Positions 54,174 through 63,502 of a stretch of 64,000 nt of DNA are shown here, in pieces. Position numbers and translations under genes: made by a program. The notes under the pieces were generated by a model that was given only the letters and a program-made list of their open reading frames with translations, was not told the origin of the DNA and did no database searches. The first letter of the stretch is position 1; each line of letters opens with the position of its first letter. Source of the DNA: Parcubacteria group bacterium LiPW_15 (GTDB taxonomy: Bacteria; Patescibacteriota; Minisyncoccia; UBA6257; 2-01-FULL-56-20); NCBI GenBank assembly GCA_007375645.1, contig VMER01000001.1:5139-69138 (forward strand), in the 5' to 3' direction.

Positions 54174-56019
54174 CATCGTAGCTTTTGAGGAGTCTCTAAG
54201 CGACGATTGGTCGCGAGATCTTGGGGTGAGAGAAGTACCTCTTAAGAGCCGGCCGCTTTTGTTTTTGGGCGCGGTCATCTTTTTGATCGGGGCCGTACTC
54301 GGCGGCAGGCTTTTGTTTTTGGGTGTCGGGAAGGGGGAGGCCTATGCCAAAAGAGCGGATTTGAATTTAAATTTAGTGGATCGCACTCCCGCTCCGCGTG
54401 GTGAGATATTTAGCCGAGAGGGAGTTGTTCTCGCCGACAGCCGGGCGGTTTTTTCCGCGAAGCTCAATGTCAAAGAATTTTTATACAAACAAGGCGAACA
54501 AGCCCAGATCCTTTCCGAGATAGAAAAGATCTTAGGACTTAGATCCGAAGAGGTTTGGTCTCTTATAAACGAAAAAAACACCGACCTGGATGAGCGAGTG
54601 GAACCGATTATTCTTTCCGAAGATCTCGGGCAAAACGAACTTTTGGCGCTAAAAAGCGCGAAAATCCCAACAATAAAAATTGAAGAGACCTATAAACGCT
54701 TTTACCCGCAAGGCGAAACTCTGGCGTCCGTTTTGGGATATGTGGGTTTGGTGACCGGGAAAGATCTGGCGGAAGATCCTAGGCTTACCGGCGAAGACTA
54801 CGTCGGCAAAGCTGGACTTGAGGCATTTTACGGCGAAAGCTTATTGGGCACCCCCGGAGTGGCCACGGAACTTAGAAACGCAAAAGGGGAGGTGATAGGT
54901 CCTGGAAAAAATACCGAAGCGAAAATAGGGGAATCACTCAAAACAACTATAGATCTGGAATTCCAAAAATATTTTTTTAGCCGCATGAAGAGCGGTTTAA
55001 GGAGTCTTGGGCGCACGACCGGCGTAGGGCTGGCTTTTAATCCCAAGACCGGGGAAGTGCTTTCGATGGTCACGTTGCCTTCGTTTGATAATAATATTTT
55101 TCACGAAAGCGGAAAAAGTGCCGAAAGAACCGAGCTTCTGACTTCCCCGCTCCGTCCTCTTTTCAATCGTGCGGTCAGCGGCGCATATTCTCCAGGTTCG
55201 ACCATTAAGCCGCTCGTCGGAGTGGCGGCTCTGGCCGAAGGCGTGGTAGATCCTCAAAAGTCCGTTTTTTCTCCAGGCTACCTGGATGTTCCGAATCCTT
55301 ACGATCCGGAAAAACCCACGAGATTTTTGGATTGGCGTTATCAGGGCACCATCAACCTTTACTCCGCTATCGCGCAGTCTTCAAACGTTTATTTCTATAC
55401 CGTAGGCGGAGGAGCATTTGACGTTAAGGGTTTGGGTATTTCGAGGCTCAGAGATTGGTGGGCCGAGTTCGGGTTGGGGAGTAAGACCGGGATAGATCTG
55501 CCGGGCGAAGCCTCCGGATTTTTGCCGAGCGCGGACTGGAAAGAAAGTTCCGGGAGAGGTCCGTGGCTTCTGGGAGATACCTATCATGCCTCAATCGGCC
55601 AAGGCGATTTGCAGGTTACCCCCGTGCAGCTTTTGGACTATATAGCCGGTATCGCCAACGGCGGGAAAATTATGACACCTACCTTAAATCTCGCCGAAAT
55701 CGGGAAATTACGCATTGACCTTAGTCCTCTCTTGCCGGAAATAACGGAAGTTCAAAAAGGAATGCGCGCGACCGTGACCTCGGCCATAGGAACAGCTCAT
55801 CTTCTGAACGATTTACCGGTTAAGGTTGCGGCCAAGACCGGTTCGGCACAGATTCAGAACAACGCGTCCGAGAATGCATTTTTCGTGGGTTATGCGCCTT
55901 ATGACGATCCGGAGATAGCTATTTTGGTGCTTATCGAACACGCGAAAGAGGGGAGTTTGAACGCGGTTCCGATAGCGAAGGACGTGCTCGCGTGGTATTA
56001 TGAACACAGAATAAAATAG
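54154..56019 (+). CDS. mrdA: Penicillin-binding protein 2 (transpeptidase)
   Basis: SxxK (GSTIKP), SxN (QSSNVYFY) and KTG (AKTGSAQ) motifs. N-terminal TM. Start at the MEDKDYN methionine. Confidence 0.8.
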   Translation: MEDKDYNIVAFEESLSDDWSRDLGVREVPLKSRPLLFLGAVIFLIGAVLGGRLLFLGVGKGEAYAKRADLNLNLVDRTPAPRGEIFSREGVVLADSRAVFSAKLNVKEFLYKQGEQAQILSEIEKILGLRSEEVWSLINEKNTDLDERVEPIILSEDLGQNELLALKSAKIPTIKIEETYKRFYPQGETLASVLGYVGLVTGKDLAEDPRLTGEDYVGKAGLEAFYGESLLGTPGVATELRNAKGEVIGPGKNTEAKIGESLKTTIDLEFQKYFFSRMKSGLRSLGRTTGVGLAFNPKTGEVLSMVTLPSFDNNIFHESGKSAERTELLTSPLRPLFNRAVSGAYSPGSTIKPLVGVAALAEGVVDPQKSVFSPGYLDVPNPYDPEKPTRFLDWRYQGTINLYSAIAQSSNVYFYTVGGGAFDVKGLGISRLRDWWAEFGLGSKTGIDLPGEASGFLPSADWKESSGRGPWLLGDTYHASIGQGDLQVTPVQLLDYIAGIANGGKIMTPTLNLAEIGKLRIDLSPLLPEITEVQKGMRATVTSAIGTAHLLNDLPVKVAAKTGSAQIQNNASENAFFVGYAPYDDPEIAILVLIEHAKEGSLNAVPIAKDVLAWYYEHRIK

Positions 56020-56079
56020 TAAGCAGCAGGGAGAAGGTGGTGAGTAAAAATAAAAAACGGGATAAAGGAGCCATCGTAA

Positions 56080-56448
56080 ATGAAGAAAAAGTATTACAAC
56101 AAACTTGTTCGAGATAGGATACCCGAAAAGATCAGAAGTAAGGGCAAGGACTGTGAGATTAAGAAGCTGAAATCCAAAGAATTTGAAACGGAACTTCTCA
56201 AAAAAGTTGGTGAAGAAGCGAGCGGTCTTTTGTCGGCGAAGAATCTCGAGGAGCTTATATCGGAACTTGCTGATATTTTGGCCGTGATAGACGAGATAAA
56301 AAAGATAAAGAAAATATCTCAGAAGCAAATCTTAGAAGCAATGCAGTCAAATTTTAAGCGGAAAGGAGGATTCGATAAAAGACTGTTTCTTTTTTGGTCC
56401 TCTGATGTTGGATATAAAACCAACGAACGGTCGTATAAAAAAAGATAA
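56080..56448 (+). CDS. MazG-like nucleotide pyrophosphohydrolase (small all-alpha NTP-PPase)
   Basis: YNKLVRDRIPEKI ... EELISELADILAVIDEI resembles the MazG/HisE-like fold. Confidence 0.5.
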   Translation: MKKKYYNKLVRDRIPEKIRSKGKDCEIKKLKSKEFETELLKKVGEEASGLLSAKNLEELISELADILAVIDEIKKIKKISQKQILEAMQSNFKRKGGFDKRLFLFWSSDVGYKTNERSYKKR

Positions 56449-56467
56449 TCCGAATCAATCATTTACC

Positions 56468-57457
56468 ATGAGCGAATTAAGACAAGATCTTGTTTCCGGC
56501 GATTGGATAATTCTCGCGGGCGATCGCGCAAAACGGCCGCATGATTGGAAAAAGAAAACTAAGCGTATAAAAGCGCCGAAAAACACCTGCCCTTTTGAAG
56601 ATCTTGAAAAATCAGGCAATGCGCCGATAGAGCTTTTCCCGCCAAGCGATGATTGGAAGCTTGCCGTTATACCGAATAAGTATCCGGCTTTAATTCCACG
56701 GGTGACCGGCGCTTCGGAACGCCGCGTAGGTCCGTATTCGACGGTCGACGGCGTGGGCCATCATGAGTTGGTGATCACTCGCGACCACGAAAAGAATATT
56801 CCGAAAATGAACCTCAAGGATGCGACGGAATTATTCCGAGTTTTTAAGCACCGCCTGAATGTGCTTTCTCAAGACCCCTACAGCAACTATTCTTCGCTCT
56901 GGCATGCCTGGGGCCAATCGGCCGGAGCCTCGATCTACCATCCCCATTATCAGATACTGACCCTGCCCATAGTTCCTCCGGATATCCGCCGGTCTTTTGA
57001 AGGTTCCGCGCGTTATGCGAGAGAGCATAAAAAATGCGTGCATTGCGTGATGCTGGCTTACGAAAAGAAGCATAAAAAAAGAATAATTTATGAGAATGCG
57101 GAAGCCATTGCTCTTGCCCCGTTCGTTTCCAAACAACCGTTCGAGGTTAGAATATTTCCGAAGAAGCACTTTTCGCATTTTGAGAAGACTTCGGACAAGG
57201 TGCTTTGCGGAACAGTGGACGCTCTTGCCTTCACTCTTCGCAAAGTAAGCGAAAAACTTGGAGATCCGGACTACAATTTCTTCTTGCATACCGCTCCGTT
57301 CAGGGACGCGAACGAGTATAAGATGTATCACTGGCACATGGAGGTAATTCCAAAAACCTCGTTTCTGGGAGGTTTTGAATGGAGTACGGGCATAGACATA
57401 AATACTGTCGATCCGGATGAGGCCGCGAAAGTATTGCGCAGCAATAAGAAGAGATGA
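56468..57457 (+). CDS. galT: Galactose-1-phosphate uridylyltransferase-like (HIT superfamily) protein
   Basis: CPFE zinc site, HHELVITRDHEK and HPHYQILTLP (HxHxQ) motifs. Confidence 0.7.
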   Translation: MSELRQDLVSGDWIILAGDRAKRPHDWKKKTKRIKAPKNTCPFEDLEKSGNAPIELFPPSDDWKLAVIPNKYPALIPRVTGASERRVGPYSTVDGVGHHELVITRDHEKNIPKMNLKDATELFRVFKHRLNVLSQDPYSNYSSLWHAWGQSAGASIYHPHYQILTLPIVPPDIRRSFEGSARYAREHKKCVHCVMLAYEKKHKKRIIYENAEAIALAPFVSKQPFEVRIFPKKHFSHFEKTSDKVLCGTVDALAFTLRKVSEKLGDPDYNFFLHTAPFRDANEYKMYHWHMEVIPKTSFLGGFEWSTGIDINTVDPDEAAKVLRSNKKR

Positions 57458-57801
57458 GTATTTTAAAGACCGCCCCGAAACATCGTCTTATAAGCGGTAT
57501 CTTTGCCGTTAGTTTTTTTCTGACCGTCTATGCCTCGGTCTGGGCCTATGTCGCCCTGCATTCCTCTTCCCAGCAGTTGATTCTACACTTCAGCGAGTAT
57601 AGCGGTATCACCAAAACTGGAGGTGTTGCCGAGCTGACGCTTTTTGGTGTTTCAGGGTGCATTCTGGTAGCGGTCAACTTCTTTCTGGCCCTGCTTCTCG
57701 AAGAGCGGGAACACTTTTTGGGCCGTCTTTTGACCGGAGCCACCCTTTTCACGGCTGTATTGATTTTTATAGCGGTATCGGCTATTATTAGCGTTAATTG
57801 A
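57454..57801 (+). CDS. Hypothetical membrane protein
   Basis: Three-TM, 115 aa. Confidence 0.4.
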   Translation: MSILKTAPKHRLISGIFAVSFFLTVYASVWAYVALHSSSQQLILHFSEYSGITKTGGVAELTLFGVSGCILVAVNFFLALLLEEREHFLGRLLTGATLFTAVLIFIAVSAIISVN

Positions 57802-57837
57802 GACAGGGAAGCATAAATCACCAACTACAAACTAACT

Positions 57838-58149
57838 ATGGCAAATTTTGCGGTTATCGAAACCGGCGGTAAACAGTATAAGGTAGCCCCCGGAGAAAAA
57901 GTAAAAGTTGAGAAACTGGACGCCAAAGAAGGCGATTCTTTTAAGTTTGATAAGGTTCTTTTGACCGCCGACGGCGACAAAGTGGAAGTGGGAGCGCCTT
58001 ACGTGAACGGAGCGGCTGTCGAAGCCAAGGTTCTGGAACAGGGCAGGGCTGACAAGGTCATAGTCTTTAAGTATCACTCCAAGACGAGATATCGAAAACG
58101 AAAGGGACATCGCCAGATGTTTACCGAACTGGAAATAGTTAAGATTTAA
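57838..58149 (+). CDS. rplU: 50S ribosomal protein L21
   Basis: MANFAVIETGGKQYKVAPGEKVKVEKL matches L21. Confidence 0.9.
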   Translation: MANFAVIETGGKQYKVAPGEKVKVEKLDAKEGDSFKFDKVLLTADGDKVEVGAPYVNGAAVEAKVLEQGRADKVIVFKYHSKTRYRKRKGHRQMFTELEIVKI

Positions 58150-58164
58150 ATTAGCCTAATATCA

Positions 58165-58192
58165 AAAACTCCCGCGATTCACGGGAGTTTTT
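58165..58192 (+). terminator. Intrinsic terminator after rplU
   Basis: aaaactcccg-cgattca-cgggagtttt followed by a T-run. Confidence 0.85.
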
Positions 58193-58652
58193 GATTGGGA
58201 TCACGTTGTTATTATTTAATTAAGCCCGCCTGGTTTCAATAACGAAACCAGACTTCGGAGATATTTTTGGATAAAAAGAGGCGCCCCGATGGGGCGCCGT
58301 TGTCTGCTACTTTTACGCTCGCAGACGTGCAACCTCGGTGGGCTAATTCCGAGGATATGCCCGAGAACAAAATGAGTGGATGATTCTACTTTTCGGACAG
58401 AACGGGCTTCCGGCCCGTCTCCCTTTTAAGGGGAGCCTCATCCTTTTGGAATGTTTCGTCCGTCCGCCGACTGCCGGGGAATCAACCCGGCTTACCGAAT
58501 GGCCCGCTAGATTTCGCACTTTTGATTGCTAATCTGCTTGACGGCTGTTCAGCTGTCGGTTATTTGGCATCACCCTTTCTCCGCTCGAGTTGGCCTCGTG
58601 TTGCGTGGGGCTGTTTCGAGTGACTTGTTCGAGGTGGAGAGATGGTCGTAGG

Positions 58653-58967
58653 TTAGCCGACGACGACCAACCCTCTCTGGTTGGAGGCGCTCCAGCTGAG
58701 GAGGCGCTTGGTCGCGAGAGCCTTCTCCGCTTCCATGGCCACCACCTCCAGGATCTTCTGAGCCTTGGCGACCCTCTCCTTCCAGGTTCGGGTCCCCCCG
58801 AGGCGGAACCGGACGAGGGTGACGGCCTCCCTGGCCTCGTCCATCTGGACGGTGAGGCGTTCGAGATCGTCCTTGGTGTCGACAGCCGCGAGCTGGGTGA
58901 CCAACTCGCAGGCCGCGACGAGCGGCTGTTCGGTGACGGGGGTGACGGAAGTCGTCTTCTGGTCCAT
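58653..58967 (-). CDS. Small hypothetical protein encoded in a roughly 65% GC segment
   Basis: 104 aa. Strong SD (GAGGAGG) 6 nt before the ATG. High-GC3 codons. Sequence MDQKTTSVTPVTEQPLVAACELVTQLAAVDTKDDLERLTVQMDEAREAVTLVRFRLGG... Confidence 0.35.
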   Translation of the reverse strand: MDQKTTSVTPVTEQPLVAACELVTQLAAVDTKDDLERLTVQMDEAREAVTLVRFRLGGTRTWKERVAKAQKILEVVAMEAEKALATKRLLSWSASNQRGLVVVG

Positions 58968-58985
58968 GATGTGGACCTCCTCTCG

Positions 58986-59062
58986 TTTAGTCCCGGAGTG
59001 AAGCGGGCCTGCCTGCCGGCAGGCAGGGATAAGTTTAGGCGCCGCTTTACTCCGGAACTAAA
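58986..59062. repeat. Long imperfect inverted repeat enclosing the second copy of the 20-nt palindrome
   Basis: Arms tttagtcccggagtgaagcg / cgctttactccggaactaaa around CCTGCCTGCCGGCAGGCAGG (59008..59027). Confidence 0.75.
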
Positions 59063-59179
59063 TAGGATTTAAGTTTCTGCCGGAAATTATAGCATGGCCA
59101 CAAGAAAATGTCAATAGCCCTCAAAAAGCCTCAAAAATAAGGTTTTTTTAAGCATTTATTTTCAGTCGTTGTCGCGAAC

Positions 59180-60739
59180 TTAGTTTATGTAGAACTTCAG
59201 GGCCCCTGCGGGAATTGAACTCTCGTCTTTTGAGAGAACGTAGTGGATGTTCTTCTTTGCCTGGCCAGCCGGAGTAAAGGTGTCGGTTATGAACATCACG
59301 GTTTGCGAGGGCATTGGAATTCCGCGCACATCGACTCCCTGGGCTTTGACCACAACATACTTCGGAGTTTCTATCGGCAGGGCCAACAGCTCTTTTCCGA
59401 GTTTAATTTGATCCGCGGCAAAGGCGTTTGGAACATTTGGATTTTTACCCCAGAGGATAAAATAGGTTGTTGCAGCTTCAAGGACGAGCAATGCAAAAAG
59501 AATCACGGAGCACGCACGCACAGTTTTTATGAGACGGTCTCCGTTATGAGAGATATGGGAGAGATGAATAATTTTTTCATAAAGCCAATTCGCGCCCCAG
59601 CCTGCCAAAAGCATCACAACCGGAAGGAAGAGAATGGAGCGCAAAGCATGCGGCATTCCCTCATTCGAGATGACGACCGGCAAGACAGCCAAAATGATCC
59701 AAGCCATCATTAATGTGGCGGGTAGGGCATAACCTCTATCTTCTCCATGGGCAAATTTTTTCCACACTGCCCGAACCGTTAAGATCGTACCCATCCACAA
59801 AAATATTCCAACCGGCCAAAACACTTCCGGCCGGCCGGCAAAATTGTGGCGCCAATTCCAGTCGCCCATAAAATTGAACATTCCGGCAGTTTTCAAAATA
59901 TTAAGCGAAAGATCTTTGAGGGGGGTAGGAGAGTTCATGATCGAAACCTGGGTGGTGCGCCCCATGAAGTCCGCCGGGTTATGAAGAAAATAAAGACCTA
60001 TCGGCGCCGCCACCAGAAATGTCACGCCTATAAAAACAGCCGTGCATTTCCAAAATCCTTTATGCCGGCCAAAGAACGGAATTAGAACCAAGAAAAGCAG
60101 AGGCATTACCCGGAAAGCGATATAGGAATAAAATCCGAGTCCGAAAAATATTCCGGCGACACCGGCGTATATGAGAGTTGTGGAGTTTTTATTATCCGAA
60201 GACTTGCGGATAGCGTGCAGGAAAAAATAAAGCGCCCATACCAAAAAAAACGGAGCCATGATCGCCCGAAAGCCTATGCGGGAGAAATTTATGTGCCAAA
60301 AGCTGGTAGCCAGAAAGAATGCCGCCAAAAGCCCCACTCTCTTTGAAAAGAATTCTTTGCCCAGGAAATAAAGGCCCAAAACGGTAAGTATTCCGAATAT
60401 CGGACTCGGGAATCTTAGCGCCCAAGGCTTGCCCTCCCGATTTTCGCCGCCAGAATTTTCGGAAGGTGAAAGAACTTCCCAAAATTTAAGCGAGAGGGCT
60501 TGGATGTTCATGAAAAGCCCTTCCCGTCCGTTATTTTCCGGATAGAAGACCTTTCCGACGAAGGCGGATCCGCCCCTGGCGGAGAAGGCGCCGTTGTCTA
60601 AGATTTCCAAGGCATTGTTGCCGTTCATGGCTTCATCCGGATAAAGGCCGGGCGGAAGTTCTTTCAAATGGTAGAGGCGCAGTCCTCCTGCTATAATTAA
60701 GATAAGAGCAAGAAGCCAGAAGCTTTTTTGTTTCCCCAT
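59180..60739 (-). CDS. GT-C family glycosyltransferase (ArnT/PMT-like, GT39/GT83)
   Basis: About 12 TM segments, N-terminal loop LYPDEAMNG, large C-terminal periplasmic domain. Confidence 0.6.
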   Translation of the reverse strand: MGKQKSFWLLALILIIAGGLRLYHLKELPPGLYPDEAMNGNNALEILDNGAFSARGGSAFVGKVFYPENNGREGLFMNIQALSLKFWEVLSPSENSGGENREGKPWALRFPSPIFGILTVLGLYFLGKEFFSKRVGLLAAFFLATSFWHINFSRIGFRAIMAPFFLVWALYFFLHAIRKSSDNKNSTTLIYAGVAGIFFGLGFYSYIAFRVMPLLFLVLIPFFGRHKGFWKCTAVFIGVTFLVAAPIGLYFLHNPADFMGRTTQVSIMNSPTPLKDLSLNILKTAGMFNFMGDWNWRHNFAGRPEVFWPVGIFLWMGTILTVRAVWKKFAHGEDRGYALPATLMMAWIILAVLPVVISNEGMPHALRSILFLPVVMLLAGWGANWLYEKIIHLSHISHNGDRLIKTVRACSVILFALLVLEAATTYFILWGKNPNVPNAFAADQIKLGKELLALPIETPKYVVVKAQGVDVRGIPMPSQTVMFITDTFTPAGQAKKNIHYVLSKDESSIPAGALKFYIN

Positions 60740-60764
60740 ATAAACATTCTAACAAACGCACCCG

Positions 60765-61157
60765 ATGGAAAACGAAAAAATAGAAAAATTAGTAACCGAA
60801 GCGGAAGAAACCAGACTCATAGAGGCAGCCAAACTGCATGCCGAGTCTGTGGAGGGAAAAGAAATGAAGGGTGAAGAACTAATGAAGAAGGCAATTCAAT
60901 CCGTAACTCAAACCGTGCCGGTTCCGGAGCAGGCTGAGCCAAATTCCATTCAGAATCCTTTGACCGATTACACCGCGCAAGAACCGGAAGAAGTAAAAAG
61001 GAAGATCGAAGATCTTCTGCAGATCGCGGCGACCGATGGAATAGTCAGGGCTACGGAGGCGGCAAAACACGCCTCACCTTTCATCCTGGATGCTTTTCAT
61101 GACGCTTTAGCGGCAAAAGTCTATCCATACCTTCGGGAGAAAGGATTATTCAAATAA
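60765..61157 (+). CDS. Hypothetical acidic protein
   Basis: 130 aa, precedes the coupling ATPase with a 1-nt overlap. Confidence 0.4.
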   Translation: MENEKIEKLVTEAEETRLIEAAKLHAESVEGKEMKGEELMKKAIQSVTQTVPVPEQAEPNSIQNPLTDYTAQEPEEVKRKIEDLLQIAATDGIVRATEAAKHASPFILDAFHDALAAKVYPYLREKGLFK

Positions 61158-63502
61158 TGCTCACAGCCCTTTTTGTTTTTTTGGTGGCCGCAATACTCTC
61201 CGGGATCCTGTTTTTTGTTATCCGGTCCATTCATCGCAAGCGAACCATAAAAGATTCGCTGGAATACTCGCTTTTTGTGGTTCGTCTGCCAAAAAACCAA
61301 AAAACCGAGGGCCAGGACCCTAAGGCGGAGATAAATAAGTTCGAAGAATTTTTAAGCAGTTTACAAGGCCTAAAAAAACCGATGACTTTTGAGGTGGCGG
61401 TTCCGCATATCGGCGAAGAAATATCTTTTTATATTTCCGTGCCGAACGAGTTTACGGAAATGGCCAGACGGCAAATTCAGGGAATTTGGACCAAAGCAAG
61501 TATAGAAGAGGCGAGAGAAGATTATAATATTTTCAATTCCACCGGAGCCGCCTCCGCCGTATATTTGGCGCAAAAAGAGAATTTTTCTTTGCCCATAAAA
61601 ACTTATGAAGGCTTCGGCGCGGATACAGCCGCCGCGATATTCGGCGGTTTTACGAAGATGAGCGAGATAGGCGAAGGCGCTTCGCTTCAGATAGTTTTGC
61701 GTCCGGCCAAAAGCGAAGCCAGAAAAACTTTGAATTCGCATCTGGGTTCGTTCAAGAAGGGTTGGACCCGCAAGCAGATATTCGCGAGCGGTTTTTCCGC
61801 TGCCATAAAATCTTCAAGCCCCAAAGATGACAAAGAAAAAGAGCCTAAAGTCTTGGATGAAGAAGCGATAAAAATGTTGCAGGCGAAAACGAGCAAGCCC
61901 TTGTTCGAGGCCAATGTTCGCATTGCCGCAAGCGCTCCGATCCAGGTCCTCTCCGATAACATTTTGGGCGGCATAGCCGCAGGTTTCGAGCAATTTTCCT
62001 TGCCGCAGGGCAACCAGTTCAAAATAGTAAAGCCGAAAAATCCAGGCAACCTGATATTCGATTTTGTTTTTCGGGCCTTTAATGAAAACCAGAAAATAAT
62101 TTTGAATTCCGAAGAGATCGCAAGTTTTTATCATTTTCCGACTTCCGCCACGGAAACCCCGCGAATGAACTGGCTGAAATCCAAGGAAGCCCCTCCGCCG
62201 TCCGAACTCCCTTCGGAAGGAACTTTGATCGGGGAGAGCATTTTCCGCGGGGAAAGAAAGCCTATACGCATAACCGACGAAGACCGCCGCCGCCATATTT
62301 ATATAGTTGGTCAAACCGGAACCGGTAAAACTGTTTTTATAAACAATTGTGTAATTCAGGATATTGCCCGGGGCAAGGGCCTCGCAATAATCGATCCGCA
62401 TGGAGACCTGGCGGAAGCGGCTCTTGCGAATGTTCCTCCCGAAAGGATGAACGACGTTATTTATTTCAGTCCCGCGGATCTCCAGAAACCCCTTGGACTC
62501 AATATGCTCGAATACAACTTCGATCGGCCGGAGGAAAAGACTTTTATCGTGAACGAGATGCAGAGCATTTTTAATAAGCTTTTCAGCCAGGAAACCATGG
62601 GCCCGATGTTCGAACAATATATGCGGAACGCCCTTCTTCTCCTTATGGAAGACATGGTGAACGAACCGGCGACCCTCATCGAAGTTCCGCGTGTTTTTAC
62701 CGATCCCGAATTTCGCAAGCGAAAACTCGCGCGCATCAAAAATCCCACAGTCATAGATTTCTGGGAGAAAGAGGCCGCGAAGGCTGGCGGAGACGCGTCG
62801 CTTGCGAACATGACGCCTTATATAACCTCCAAGTTCAACAACTTTATTTCCAATGACTATATGCGGCCGATAATCGGTCAGGCCAAATCCTCCTTCAATT
62901 TTCGGGAGGTGATGGATTCCGGAAAGATACTCCTCATCAATCTTTCGAAGGGTAAGATCGGCGATATTAACGCTAATCTTTTGGGCATGGTGATAACCGG
63001 CAAACTCCTGATGGCCGCGCTCTCGCGCGTGGATATCGCCGACCAGAATGCCCGCAAGGATTTTAATTTATATATAGACGAATTCCAGAATTTCACGACC
63101 GATAGTATTTCCACCATTCTTTCGGAAGCGCGCAAATACCGTTTGAATCTGACGATCGCGCACCAATTCATCGCTCAGCTTACCGAAAAAATAAGGGATT
63201 CTGTTTTCGGCAATGTCGGCGCGCAGATAGTTTTCCGGGTTGGCGTGCAGGACGCGGAGTTTTTGGTGAAGCAATTCGAACCGGTCTTTGACGTTAACGA
63301 TCTTATCAATATCCCGAATCTTAATGCGCATGCCAAAATTCTCATAAACGGCCATCCGGCAAACCCGTTTAATTTGAGGGAAGGTTTTCCGCCAAAAGGG
63401 AGCTTGGAGGTGACTGAGAAACTTAAGGAGATGTCGCGTTCCCAATACGGAATGGAACGTAATACGGTGGAAGAGGAGATATATAGACGCTTACGGACAT
63501 GA
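61157..63502 (+). CDS. Type IV secretion/conjugation coupling-protein-like ATPase (VirD4/TraD/TraG family, AAA-like)
   Basis: N-terminal TM. Walker A HIYIVGQTGTGKT, Walker B LYIDEFQNF. C-terminal region similar to TraD-type coupling proteins. Confidence 0.6.
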   Translation: MLTALFVFLVAAILSGILFFVIRSIHRKRTIKDSLEYSLFVVRLPKNQKTEGQDPKAEINKFEEFLSSLQGLKKPMTFEVAVPHIGEEISFYISVPNEFTEMARRQIQGIWTKASIEEAREDYNIFNSTGAASAVYLAQKENFSLPIKTYEGFGADTAAAIFGGFTKMSEIGEGASLQIVLRPAKSEARKTLNSHLGSFKKGWTRKQIFASGFSAAIKSSSPKDDKEKEPKVLDEEAIKMLQAKTSKPLFEANVRIAASAPIQVLSDNILGGIAAGFEQFSLPQGNQFKIVKPKNPGNLIFDFVFRAFNENQKIILNSEEIASFYHFPTSATETPRMNWLKSKEAPPPSELPSEGTLIGESIFRGERKPIRITDEDRRRHIYIVGQTGTGKTVFINNCVIQDIARGKGLAIIDPHGDLAEAALANVPPERMNDVIYFSPADLQKPLGLNMLEYNFDRPEEKTFIVNEMQSIFNKLFSQETMGPMFEQYMRNALLLLMEDMVNEPATLIEVPRVFTDPEFRKRKLARIKNPTVIDFWEKEAAKAGGDASLANMTPYITSKFNNFISNDYMRPIIGQAKSSFNFREVMDSGKILLINLSKGKIGDINANLLGMVITGKLLMAALSRVDIADQNARKDFNLYIDEFQNFTTDSISTILSEARKYRLNLTIAHQFIAQLTEKIRDSVFGNVGAQIVFRVGVQDAEFLVKQFEPVFDVNDLINIPNLNAHAKILINGHPANPFNLREGFPPKGSLEVTEKLKEMSRSQYGMERNTVEEEIYRRLRT

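Noticed and set aside
58200-58600. RNase P RNA (rnpB) call
   Set aside because: Only the 3' P4-like block (CCCGGCUUACCG) is recognisable. The 5' P4 strand (AGGAAAGUCCGGGC) and the CR-II/III GGUGCGGUAAG-type block could not be found on either strand. Kept as an unclassified ncRNA candidate in findings rather than a feature.
58590-59072. 160-aa plus-strand ORF in the GC-rich segment
   Set aside because: Overlaps the better-supported minus-strand ORF, which has a strong SD. Product is Gly/Asp/Leu/Arg-rich nonsense typical of an off-frame in high-GC DNA.
61814-62617. 267-aa minus-strand ORF
   Set aside because: Antisense inside the VirD4-like ATPase gene, whose Walker motifs are in the plus frame.
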